Below, in pieces: positions 9,667-17,764 of a stretch of 64,000 nt of DNA. The stretch lies in assembly GCA_019358935.1 (NCBI GenBank), contig JAHHIK010000014.1, positions 1 to 64,000 of the forward strand, read 5' to 3'. The position numbers and the translations under genes were made by a program. Within the stretch, counting starts at the first letter, position 1. Every line of letters begins with the position of its first letter. The DNA is from Tolypothrix carrinoi HA7290-LM1. Its GTDB lineage: Bacteria; Cyanobacteriota; Cyanobacteriia; Cyanobacteriales; Nostocaceae. Below the pieces are notes generated by a model. That model was given only the letters and a program-made list of their open reading frames with translations. It searched no databases and was not told where the DNA came from.

Positions 9667-10803
9667 TCATAACTTATAACTTGATAAAGCCAAACAGTCA
9701 GTTTCTGCCCACCAGACGTAAATTGGTTTGTCACGGTCTGGTAAGCTGCCAAAGGTATTGGGTTGCAAAACAGTGATAGTGATACCATTGGTTAATTCCA
9801 CAACGTAATTAACGTGGGTTCCCAAATACATTACATTACCAAGTCGTCCTTCAAAGCAGTTAGTCGGCAAATTTGGCGGATAAAGTGAGAGTTGAATTTT
9901 TTCTGGACGCACACTCACCATCACTGCTTGCGATAATTGAGTTGGTGTATCTTCAAAGCGGTTGACGACAATTGAAAGTCCCGATTTTGTGATAATTCGC
10001 ACAGCAACAGCGTCTACTGCCGCGATTTCACCGCTGAATAAATTGGTATCGCCAATAAAATCAGCGACAAACGGTGTCCGTGGATGTTCGTAAATTTGGC
10101 TGGGAGTACCAATTTGTTCAATTTTGCCTTGATTCATGACTGCAATGCGATCGCTCAAAGATAGCGCTTCTTCTTGGTCATGTGTCACCATGATGAAGGT
10201 CAACCCCAAATCTTTGTGTAAATTCGACAGTTCAACCTGCATTTCCTTACGCAGTTTTAAATCTAAGGCGCCCAAAGGTTCATCCAGCAACAGCACGGCG
10301 GGACGGTTGACTAATGCCCGCGCTAATGCTACTCTTTGCTGTTGACCACCTGATAATTGACTGGGAAAGCGCGATCGCAAACTTTCCATTTTCACTAGCT
10401 TTAAAGCATCTTTAACTCTACTTTCAATTTCTGAAAAGCTTAATTTCCGCAAACGCAGACCGAAAGCAATGTTATCCCACACATTCAAATGGTTGAATAG
10501 AGCGTAGCTTTGAAATACAGTATTTACAGGTCGGCGGTAAGCAGGGACATTAGTCATATACTGACCCCGAATCAATAGCTTGCCAGCATCCACCCTTTCA
10601 AATCCAGCAATTAAACGGAGTGTAGTTGTTTTGCCGCAACCGGATGGACCGAGAATACTAAAGAATTCTCCCTGTTTTACATCCAAATTTATTCCGTGTA
10701 CTGCTGCTTCAAAGTTAAAAAACTTATAAACATCATGCAGTTCAATATCAAGCGGCTCAAAAGCCGCCATCCCCCCCTGATTCTGCGTTAAAGTTTGAGC
10801 CAT
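9667..10803 (-). CDS. potA: Polyamine ABC transporter ATPase
   Basis: [34 protein letters not shown] and a TOBE-like tail. Confidence 0.92.
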   Translation of the reverse strand: MAQTLTQNQGGMAAFEPLDIELHDVYKFFNFEAAVHGINLDVKQGEFFSILGPSGCGKTTTLRLIAGFERVDAGKLLIRGQYMTNVPAYRRPVNTVFQSYALFNHLNVWDNIAFGLRLRKLSFSEIESRVKDALKLVKMESLRSRFPSQLSGGQQQRVALARALVNRPAVLLLDEPLGALDLKLRKEMQVELSNLHKDLGLTFIMVTHDQEEALSLSDRIAVMNQGKIEQIGTPSQIYEHPRTPFVADFIGDTNLFSGEIAAVDAVAVRIITKSGLSIVVNRFEDTPTQLSQAVMVSVRPEKIQLSLYPPNLPTNCFEGRLGNVMYLGTHVNYVVELTNGITITVLQPNTFGSLPDRDKPIYVWWAETDCLALSSYKL

Positions 10804-10889
10804 AATTCTCAGTAGACTACCGTGATAATACTAGATGAGAGTAAATTGATGTAGTCTATTAACCAGACTACATGTAACACTTTGGTTTT

Positions 10890-11131
10890 TGGGGCATAGG
10901 GCATAGGGCATGGGGAATGGGTAATGGGTAATGGGTAGTGGGTAGTGGGTAGTGGGTAATGGGTAGTGGAAAAAGCTTTTTATTTTTTTACCGTTTTCCC
11001 CTTACCACGTTCCCAATTCCCAATTCCCAATGACGGCAGGTGCTTCAACGCGACGCCAGTCCGCTCAACGGAGGGAACCTCCGCACGCGGCTGGCTTGGG
11101 AACCCGCGCAACGCACTGCCTCCCCAATTCC
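10890..11131. repeat. STRR arrays with two nested 45-nt hairpin units (11033-11122)
   Basis: GGGCATA/GGGTAAT/CCCAATT heptamers; inner unit 11053-11097 sits inside the outer unit. Confidence 0.8.
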
Positions 11132-11218
11132 CAGTCTTCAAATTTGCACTCTTGTCCTGCTTGGTATTTAGCGCAATTGTATACAGTTAATACTAATCTT
11201 GAAATTCTTATTTGTCTT

Positions 11219-13060
11219 ATGTCTATTTTACAATCCTTTAATATTGGCGGTAAAAAAGATACACGTACAGTCGGACGAAGTTCTCAGTCGATATTTTTCA
11301 TCATATTTACCCTCGTCATGATGACGGGTGTTGCCGCTCGTTTGGGATATTTAGAAATTGTTCAAGGACCGCAACTCCGGAAACGAGCAGAGGCAAACCG
11401 AATTAGAATTATTTCCAAACAGCCGGAAAGAGGTAACATTTTTGACCGTAATGGCAAACTTTTAGCTAGTACTCGCTATCCTCGCTCTGTCTACTTGTGG
11501 CCTATGGCTCACACAAAACCAGAGTGGTCAATTGTTGCACCGCGTCTATCTCAAATTCTGGAAATTTCTACTGAAGATATGGAAGAGAAACTTATACAGG
11601 CAGGTCCCAACTCTTCTTCACTTGTACGGATTGCTCGCGATTTGAACGACGCACAAATTACGGCACTCAAAGAGTATGAAACCGAACTCAAAAACGTAGA
11701 AATTCATACAGAAGCGGTGCGTTATTATCCTCACGGTCAAGCTTTGGGTCATGTGCTGGGTTATACGCGAGAGCTGACTGCCGACCAGTTGAAAGAAAGA
11801 AAGAAGGATGGCTACAGGCTGGGAGATGTCATAGGTCAGATGGGGGTAGAAAAGGCGTATGAAACAACACTGCGGGGTGAATGGGGCGGTCAGCAGGTAG
11901 AAGTAGATGGCAGAGGTCGTCCGTTGCGGGTATTGGGAGAGAAAGAGGCAAAAGCTGGTAACGATTTGCACTTGACTGTAGACATAAACGTGCAAAAGGC
12001 AGCAGCAAAAGCTTTAGGCACTACTAAAGGTGGAATTGTGGCAATCGATCCGAGGAATGGTGCTGTTTTGGCAATGGTGTCTTATCCTACCTTTGACCCA
12101 AATATCTTTTCTAAGCAAAAACTCTCTCAGAAAGACTGGCAAAGCGTACAAGGTAAACAGCATCCGTTAGTTAATCGCACCCTCAGTGCCTTTCCACCTG
12201 CGAGTACGTACAAAATTATCACTACAACAGCGGGATTGGAATCGGGTAAATTTACTCCAGACACGGTGTTGCAAACTTTCGGTTCGCTAACTGTCGGTGG
12301 GGTGACTTTTGGTGAATGGAACCACGCTGGATTTGGTCCATTGGGATTTCCGAGAGCGATGGCTATGAGTAGTGATACCTTCTTTTATCAAGTTGGTAGA
12401 AGAGTCGGTGGTCCAACTTTGATTGAATGGAGTCGCAAATATGGCTTTGGTCAAAGAACCGGCATTGAGTTTGCTTCGGAAGAATCAAAAGGCTTGGTTC
12501 CAGATGAGTCATGGAAACAGAAAGCTTGGAAGATACCCTGGACTGTCGGTGATACCATAAATATGTCAATTGGTCAAGGTGCTTTGCAAGTCACACCACT
12601 GCAAGCTGCGATTATGTTTTCTGTTCCTGCTAATGGTGGATACCGAGTTAAGCCGCATTTGCTCAAAGACCATGAAGAAGCAAAAAACTGGCGCACATCC
12701 TTAAACATGAAACCGACAACCATCAAAGTTCTGCGCGATGGTCTGCGAAAGGTAGTAACTGAGGGGACGGGTCAGCGTTTGAACGTACCAACAATTGCCC
12801 CATCATCTGGAAAGAGTGGCACCGCTGAAGCCGGTACTGGTCGCCCAAATCACACTTGGTTTGGTGCCTATTCTCCCAGCGATAAGCCGGAAATTGCGGT
12901 TGTAGCGTTTGGTGAAAACTCCGGGGGACATGGCGGAACCGATTGTGGTCCGATGGTTTTACAAGTGCTAGAAGCCTATTTTCAATCGAAGTATCCAGGC
13001 AAGTATCAAAAACCTGTAGTTGAAGGTGCAAAACAAGAGGCTACCGATCTATCGCATTAA
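11219..13060 (+). CDS. mrdA: Penicillin-binding protein 2, paralog 1
   Basis: RGNIFDRNG, SxxK (ASTYK), SSD and KSG motifs. The upstream ORF extension is repeat-derived. Confidence 0.9.
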   Translation: MSILQSFNIGGKKDTRTVGRSSQSIFFIIFTLVMMTGVAARLGYLEIVQGPQLRKRAEANRIRIISKQPERGNIFDRNGKLLASTRYPRSVYLWPMAHTKPEWSIVAPRLSQILEISTEDMEEKLIQAGPNSSSLVRIARDLNDAQITALKEYETELKNVEIHTEAVRYYPHGQALGHVLGYTRELTADQLKERKKDGYRLGDVIGQMGVEKAYETTLRGEWGGQQVEVDGRGRPLRVLGEKEAKAGNDLHLTVDINVQKAAAKALGTTKGGIVAIDPRNGAVLAMVSYPTFDPNIFSKQKLSQKDWQSVQGKQHPLVNRTLSAFPPASTYKIITTTAGLESGKFTPDTVLQTFGSLTVGGVTFGEWNHAGFGPLGFPRAMAMSSDTFFYQVGRRVGGPTLIEWSRKYGFGQRTGIEFASEESKGLVPDESWKQKAWKIPWTVGDTINMSIGQGALQVTPLQAAIMFSVPANGGYRVKPHLLKDHEEAKNWRTSLNMKPTTIKVLRDGLRKVVTEGTGQRLNVPTIAPSSGKSGTAEAGTGRPNHTWFGAYSPSDKPEIAVVAFGENSGGHGGTDCGPMVLQVLEAYFQSKYPGKYQKPVVEGAKQEATDLSH

Positions 13061-13070
13061 TTGTGAATTT

Positions 13071-13117
13071 GTAGTGAGCACTTTAGTGCTCTCTTTAAGC
13101 ACTAAAGTGCTCACTAC
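13071..13117. repeat. GTAG-type REP-like perfect inverted repeat with 20-bp arms
   Basis: GTAGTGAGCACTTTAGTGCT-N7-AGCACTAAAGTGCTCACTAC. Confidence 0.75.
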
Positions 13118-13245
13118 TGATAGAAAATTCTGATAGTTACCCTTGGGTTTTTTCAATACATCCTGTGTGCGAGTTTAGCTGACATAGTGACAATTTTGTT
13201 GAATTATATACAAAGAAGATTTATCTAGATATTACTCTTAGTGTT

Positions 13246-15027
13246 ATGACCCCATTACAGTTATCGCCCTTGCTGAAAAAAGATACACTTACAGTCGGAC
13301 GGGGTTTTCAGTCAATATTCTTCATCGTATTTACTTTATTAATGACGGGTGGAATCGGCGCTCGTTTGGCATATTTGCAACTTGTTGAAGGAACGCAGCA
13401 CCGCAAGCAAGCAGAGTCCAACCGGATTCGCATTATTCCCAAACAACCGGAACGAGGCAACATTTTTGACCGCAATGGCAAACTTTTAGCTAGCACTCGC
13501 TATCCTCGGTCTGTGTATTTGTGGCCTATGGCTCACACTAAACAAGAATGGCATAAAGTTGCACCGCGTTTATCGCAAATTCTCGATATTCCGCAAGAGG
13601 AAATTGAAAAGAAATTACAAGAGGCTGGTTATAAGTCTTCTTCGCTAGTGCGGATTGCTCGTGATTTGAATGAAGCGCAAGTTACTGCATTGAAAGAGTA
13701 TGAAAATGAACTCCACGATGTAGAAATACATACCGAAGCAGTTCGCTACTACCCGCACGGTAAAGCCTTGGCTCACCTACTCGGTTATACGCGGGAACTG
13801 ACTGCCGAACAGTTGCAAGAAAAGCGGAAAGATGGCTACCGATTGGGAGATGCGATCGGTCAGATGGGGGTAGAAAAAGCGTATGAGAAAACGCTACGGG
13901 GCGAATGGGGCGGTCAGCAGTTAGAAGTAGATGGTAGAGGTCGTCCGCTGCGGGTTTTGGGCGAGAAAGAGGCAAAAGCTGGTCACGATTTGCACTTGAC
14001 TATAGATGTGGATGTGCAAAAGGCAGCAGAAAAAGCTTTAGGAGGTCGCAACGGTACGATTATCGCACTTGATCCAAACAACGGTGCGGTTTTAGCAATG
14101 GTGTCTCATCCTACTTTTGACCCAAATATCTTTTCTAAACAAAAAGTTACTAAAAAAGATTGGGAGACGGTACAAGGTGAAGATTATCCTTTGCTAAATC
14201 GCGCTCTGAGAGCTTATCCCCCTGCTAGTACTTTTAAAATAGTTACTACGGCTGCTGGGTTGGAATCGGGTAAATTTTCTCCTAATACAATATTGCAAAC
14301 TTACGGTTCGCTGACTTTCGGGGGTACTACATTTGGTGAATGGAACCATGCAGGGTTTGGTCTGTTGGGATTTACGGGAGCGATCGCTAACAGTAGTGAT
14401 ACCTTTTTCTACCAAATTGGTCAGAAGGTCGGTGGTCCAACTTTAATTGAATGGACTCGTAAGTTTGGATTTGGTGAAAAAACTGGGTTTGAGTTCGTTT
14501 CTGAAGAATCGAAAGGCTTGGTTCCAGACGAGTCTTGGAAACAGAAAACTTGGAAAATGCCTTGGACTGTTGGCGACAGCATTAATATGTCAATTGGTCA
14601 AGGAGCATTATTAAGTACACCGTTGCAAGTCGCCGGCATGTTTGCCATACCTGCTAATGGTGGCTATAGAGTTCAGCCGCATTTGCTTAAAGACAATCAA
14701 GAAGCAAAAACCTGGCGCGAACCTGTAAATATGAAATCATCAACCGTGAAAATTCTTCGTTCTGGATTGCGTCAGGTAGTCACAGAAGGTACGGGTAAGG
14801 CTTTGAATGTGGCAACACTTCCGCCAATAGCTGGTAAAACTGGCACTGCCGAAGCATGGAAGCGTCAAGGTGTCAAAGCAAATCATGCTTGGTTTGGTGG
14901 TTATGCGCCAGCTGATAAGCCGCAAATTTTAATTGTAGCGTTTGCCGAACATTCCGGTGGTGGCGGTGGTAGCATTGCTGCACCGATGGCGTTAAAAGTT
15001 ATGGAAGAGTATTTTCAAAAGAAGTAA
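13246..15027 (+). CDS. mrdA: Penicillin-binding protein 2, paralog 2
   Basis: ASTFK, SSD and KTG motifs; clearly similar to 11219-13060. Confidence 0.9.
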   Translation: MTPLQLSPLLKKDTLTVGRGFQSIFFIVFTLLMTGGIGARLAYLQLVEGTQHRKQAESNRIRIIPKQPERGNIFDRNGKLLASTRYPRSVYLWPMAHTKQEWHKVAPRLSQILDIPQEEIEKKLQEAGYKSSSLVRIARDLNEAQVTALKEYENELHDVEIHTEAVRYYPHGKALAHLLGYTRELTAEQLQEKRKDGYRLGDAIGQMGVEKAYEKTLRGEWGGQQLEVDGRGRPLRVLGEKEAKAGHDLHLTIDVDVQKAAEKALGGRNGTIIALDPNNGAVLAMVSHPTFDPNIFSKQKVTKKDWETVQGEDYPLLNRALRAYPPASTFKIVTTAAGLESGKFSPNTILQTYGSLTFGGTTFGEWNHAGFGLLGFTGAIANSSDTFFYQIGQKVGGPTLIEWTRKFGFGEKTGFEFVSEESKGLVPDESWKQKTWKMPWTVGDSINMSIGQGALLSTPLQVAGMFAIPANGGYRVQPHLLKDNQEAKTWREPVNMKSSTVKILRSGLRQVVTEGTGKALNVATLPPIAGKTGTAEAWKRQGVKANHAWFGGYAPADKPQILIVAFAEHSGGGGGSIAAPMALKVMEEYFQKK

Positions 15028-15037
15028 TGCAGGCAGT

Positions 15038-15258
15038 TGAGGGGATGGGGAGAGGGGGGGAGGGGGAGACAAGGAAGACAAGGGAGACAAGGGAGATGGG
15101 GGAGATGGGGAGATGGGGGAGACAAGGGAGACAAGGGAGATGGGGGAGACAAGGAAGACGAAAAGACAAACTCCCCCTGCAAGAGTGCAAGAAAGCCCCT
15201 TGTCCACCTTGTCCCCCTTGTCCCCCTTGTCTCCTTGTCCCCTTGTCCCCCTGCCCCC
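15038..15258. repeat. Inverted STRR-like arrays (GGAGACAAG / CTTGTCCCC)
   Basis: Purine-rich then complementary pyrimidine-rich tandems between convergent genes. Confidence 0.8.
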
Positions 15259-16079
15259 TACTGGGGTATTTTCGCGGGTTTGATATTCTTGGCTTTGTAG
15301 AAGGTTTCTAAACTATCGCGATCGCCTACAAAACGCCAGTGCCAAGGCTCATAACTCACACCTTGCGGATTATCCTTGGGAAAGGAGATTTCAAAGCTGT
15401 AACGCGCTGCATTTCCTTCTAACCACTGATAAGCTTTTGTCTTGTCAAAAGTTGTTTGCAGATTAGTTGCTGGTGTTGCCCCGTCCCCAATATCTACAGC
15501 GTAACCTGTATGATGTTCGCTATGACCGGGAGGAGCGCTCAAAGCAGCTCGTTGTGCTGGGGTTTGATTCCGCTGGGCACCAACGTCAAAAAACAACTGT
15601 TCTTGGTCTTTCACTGACCGAAAGCCGGAAATTGGCATCAATATTACACCCGCACTCCGCGCTGCTTGTACCATCGCTTGATACTTTTCGGCAGCAGCTT
15701 TTCGCATTTTGATGCGTCCATCTCTAGAAATTGGTGCTAATTCTGATTCCGGTGCTTCTGCGTATGTCAGATGCCCCAAAACAGTGTCAGCGTTATCTTG
15801 GGGGTTGACAGAAGTGCCACTTTGTGCAGTACCAGGAGTGGAGCTAGTTGGGGAAGGTTGAATAGCAGTTTTTTTCGGTGCAGTGAGGAAAAATAAAAAA
15901 CCACTAATAACAGCCAGCATAATAAATCCTACCACGCCGCCGATCGCTAAAACCATAGGTTGCAAGTGAGGCACCTTGTTAGGTGTTGCTTCCGGAGTAT
16001 CGCGTAAAGCTGGCGGAATTTCGTCACCAGACTCAGCAGATGAGTTTTGCGGTTTTTCAGAAAACCCAGGATTATTCAA
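15258..16079 (-). CDS. D-Ala-D-Ala carboxypeptidase, M15B/VanY family
   Basis: SGFRS, PPGHSEHHTGYAVD and EPWHWRF motifs; N-terminal TM. Confidence 0.9.
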   Translation of the reverse strand: MNNPGFSEKPQNSSAESGDEIPPALRDTPEATPNKVPHLQPMVLAIGGVVGFIMLAVISGFLFFLTAPKKTAIQPSPTSSTPGTAQSGTSVNPQDNADTVLGHLTYAEAPESELAPISRDGRIKMRKAAAEKYQAMVQAARSAGVILMPISGFRSVKDQEQLFFDVGAQRNQTPAQRAALSAPPGHSEHHTGYAVDIGDGATPATNLQTTFDKTKAYQWLEGNAARYSFEISFPKDNPQGVSYEPWHWRFVGDRDSLETFYKAKNIKPAKIPQ

Positions 16080-16182
16080 GGGTCAACTCCTGATGATTGT
16101 TGAATCGCCATAACAGATTGTAGACTGGATAAAAATAAACGCGATCGCGAAAATTTATACATTTGAATTTCTAGGCACAATT

Positions 16183-17100
16183 TTGACAAATATCCTAGAA
16201 CTATACGTCAAGCTGGTGGGATTAGTCCTGGTAGGATTTATCTTGGGACGCAAGCTACCAGCTCCAGTTCCCACCCGTTTGGCTCAGTTTCTTTTCTGGG
16301 TGGGTGTACCGATAGGGATTGTAGCTTTTTTACGAAAAGCTGATTTATCGGGACAGATTTGGATTGCACCAGCGATCGCCTACCTAGCTATTTTACTTGG
16401 AGCATTTTTAGCTTGGTTAGGCATCAAAGGTCAAGCCTATTTTACAAATACTATCCCTCAACAACCAACTCAGGGTAGTTTTATTCTTGCGTCAATGGTG
16501 GGTAACACAGGTTATCTTGGTTATCCCATCACTTTAGCAATGGTAGGACAAAAATACTTTGCCTGGGCGTTATTTTACGACATGTTGGGGTCACTTTTCG
16601 GGGCTTATGCTTTTGGTGTAGCGATCGCGGTTCGTTTTGGGGGTGGAGTGCAGAATTATTGGCAAATTACTAAAGCAATTGTCATCAACCCAGCGCTGTG
16701 GAGTTTCGGGTTTGGTTTGCTGTTTCGACAGGTGACGATTCCCGCATCAGTTGAATTTTTCTTGGATAAATTTGCTTGGAGTACAGTTGCTTTATCTTTA
16801 ATGTTAATTGGGATGCGATTGAGCAATCTTAATTCTTGGCGTAGTTTACCACAAGCGGGGATGAGCTTAGGAATCAAAATGCTGTTAGTTCCCCTGATTT
16901 TGGGCAGTATTTTACCATTTTTTGGTTTAACTGGCGCAACAGCACAAGTGATGGTCTTACAAATGGGGATGCCACCAGCTTTCGCTACACTGGTAATTGC
17001 GGAAACTTTTAATCTCGATCGCGATCTGGCAGTTACGGCATTGGCAGCAGGGTCTATGGTATTGTTAATTACTCTGCCAATTTGGTTGTGGCTGTTTTGA
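16183..17100 (+). CDS. AEC (auxin efflux carrier) family transporter
   Basis: About 10 TM segments; GNTGYLGYP and MPPAFATLVIAE motifs. Confidence 0.85.
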   Translation: MTNILELYVKLVGLVLVGFILGRKLPAPVPTRLAQFLFWVGVPIGIVAFLRKADLSGQIWIAPAIAYLAILLGAFLAWLGIKGQAYFTNTIPQQPTQGSFILASMVGNTGYLGYPITLAMVGQKYFAWALFYDMLGSLFGAYAFGVAIAVRFGGGVQNYWQITKAIVINPALWSFGFGLLFRQVTIPASVEFFLDKFAWSTVALSLMLIGMRLSNLNSWRSLPQAGMSLGIKMLLVPLILGSILPFFGLTGATAQVMVLQMGMPPAFATLVIAETFNLDRDLAVTALAAGSMVLLITLPIWLWLF

Positions 17101-17101
17101 T

Positions 17102-17208
17102 AAACCTCTCCCTCCCAACCTCCCTCTCCTTTTAGGAGAGGGAGGAGCAAGAAAGAATGGGGTTTTAAGCCTCTCCCCGCGTCGGGGAGAGGTTTACCAG
17201 AGGGGTCA
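17102..17208. repeat. REP-like hairpin pair flanked by a 26-bp direct repeat
   Basis: Hairpins CCTCCCTCTCC-TTTTA-GGAGAGGGAGG and CCTCTCCCCG-CGT-CGGGGAGAGG; flanks 17076-17101 and 17209-17234 match 25/26. Confidence 0.65.
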
Positions 17209-17250
17209 GCCGATTTGGTTGTGGCTGTTTTGATTGATAAGTTACGGGAA

Positions 17251-17595
17251 ATGCACGTTAGAAATGAAGAAGAAAATGAAAAAGCTTTGGCTCTTGTCGA
17301 AGAACTAATGCATCGCTCAAATCGCACACCTGAAGAAAATGAACTTTATGAATTGCTAATTATTTTAATTGAAAAATTTGAACACAAACATTATTCTCCA
17401 GGTGAAGCATCTACACCTGATTCTATGTTACTTTTTCTGATGGAACAAAAAGAGGTTAAGCAGTCAGATTTAGTAGGTGTGATTGGTTCTAAAAGAATTG
17501 TTTCCGAAGTTGTAAATGGTAAACGAGAAATTAGCAAAATTCAAGCCAAGGCTTTAGGAGATTTTTTTCAGGTTGATTTCAGTTTGTTTACTTGA
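17251..17595 (+). CDS. HigA-like HTH antitoxin/regulator, probably 5'-truncated, with no adjacent toxin
   Basis: EENEKALALVEELM...LIEKFE...LMEQKEVKQSDLVGVIGSKRIVSEVVNGKREISK. Confidence 0.7.
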   Translation: MHVRNEEENEKALALVEELMHRSNRTPEENELYELLIILIEKFEHKHYSPGEASTPDSMLLFLMEQKEVKQSDLVGVIGSKRIVSEVVNGKREISKIQAKALGDFFQVDFSLFT

Positions 17596-17631
17596 TTGCG
17601 AAGGTGATAAGTAACAATACCTTAGCTTCAC

Positions 17632-17757
17632 CAAACGCCCACAGGCTATAAGCCTGGGGCTACAGGAACAAAGCCCACCTGCGTGGGCTAAAATCAAATG
17701 CAGGCTGCGGAGGCAGCCTTTGTTCGTATAGCCGCACCCTTCTAGGGTGTGCGGATT
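17632..17757. repeat. Palindrome-rich REP/MITE-like repeat
   Basis: Consecutive hairpins CCACAGGCT/AGCCTGGGG, AGCCCAC/GTGGGCT, AGGCTGC/GCAGCCT and CCGCACCCT/AGGGTGTGCGG. Confidence 0.55.
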
Positions 17758-17764
17758 TTTTAAC

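Noticed and set aside
11030..11218. N-terminal extension of the first PBP2
   Set aside because: It derives from nested repeats; ATG 11219 aligns with the paralog's start.
14992..15311. Low-complexity ORFs here and at about 25.5, 30.0, 35.4, 40.6, 51.4 and 56.6 kb
   Set aside because: They are translations of STRR arrays.
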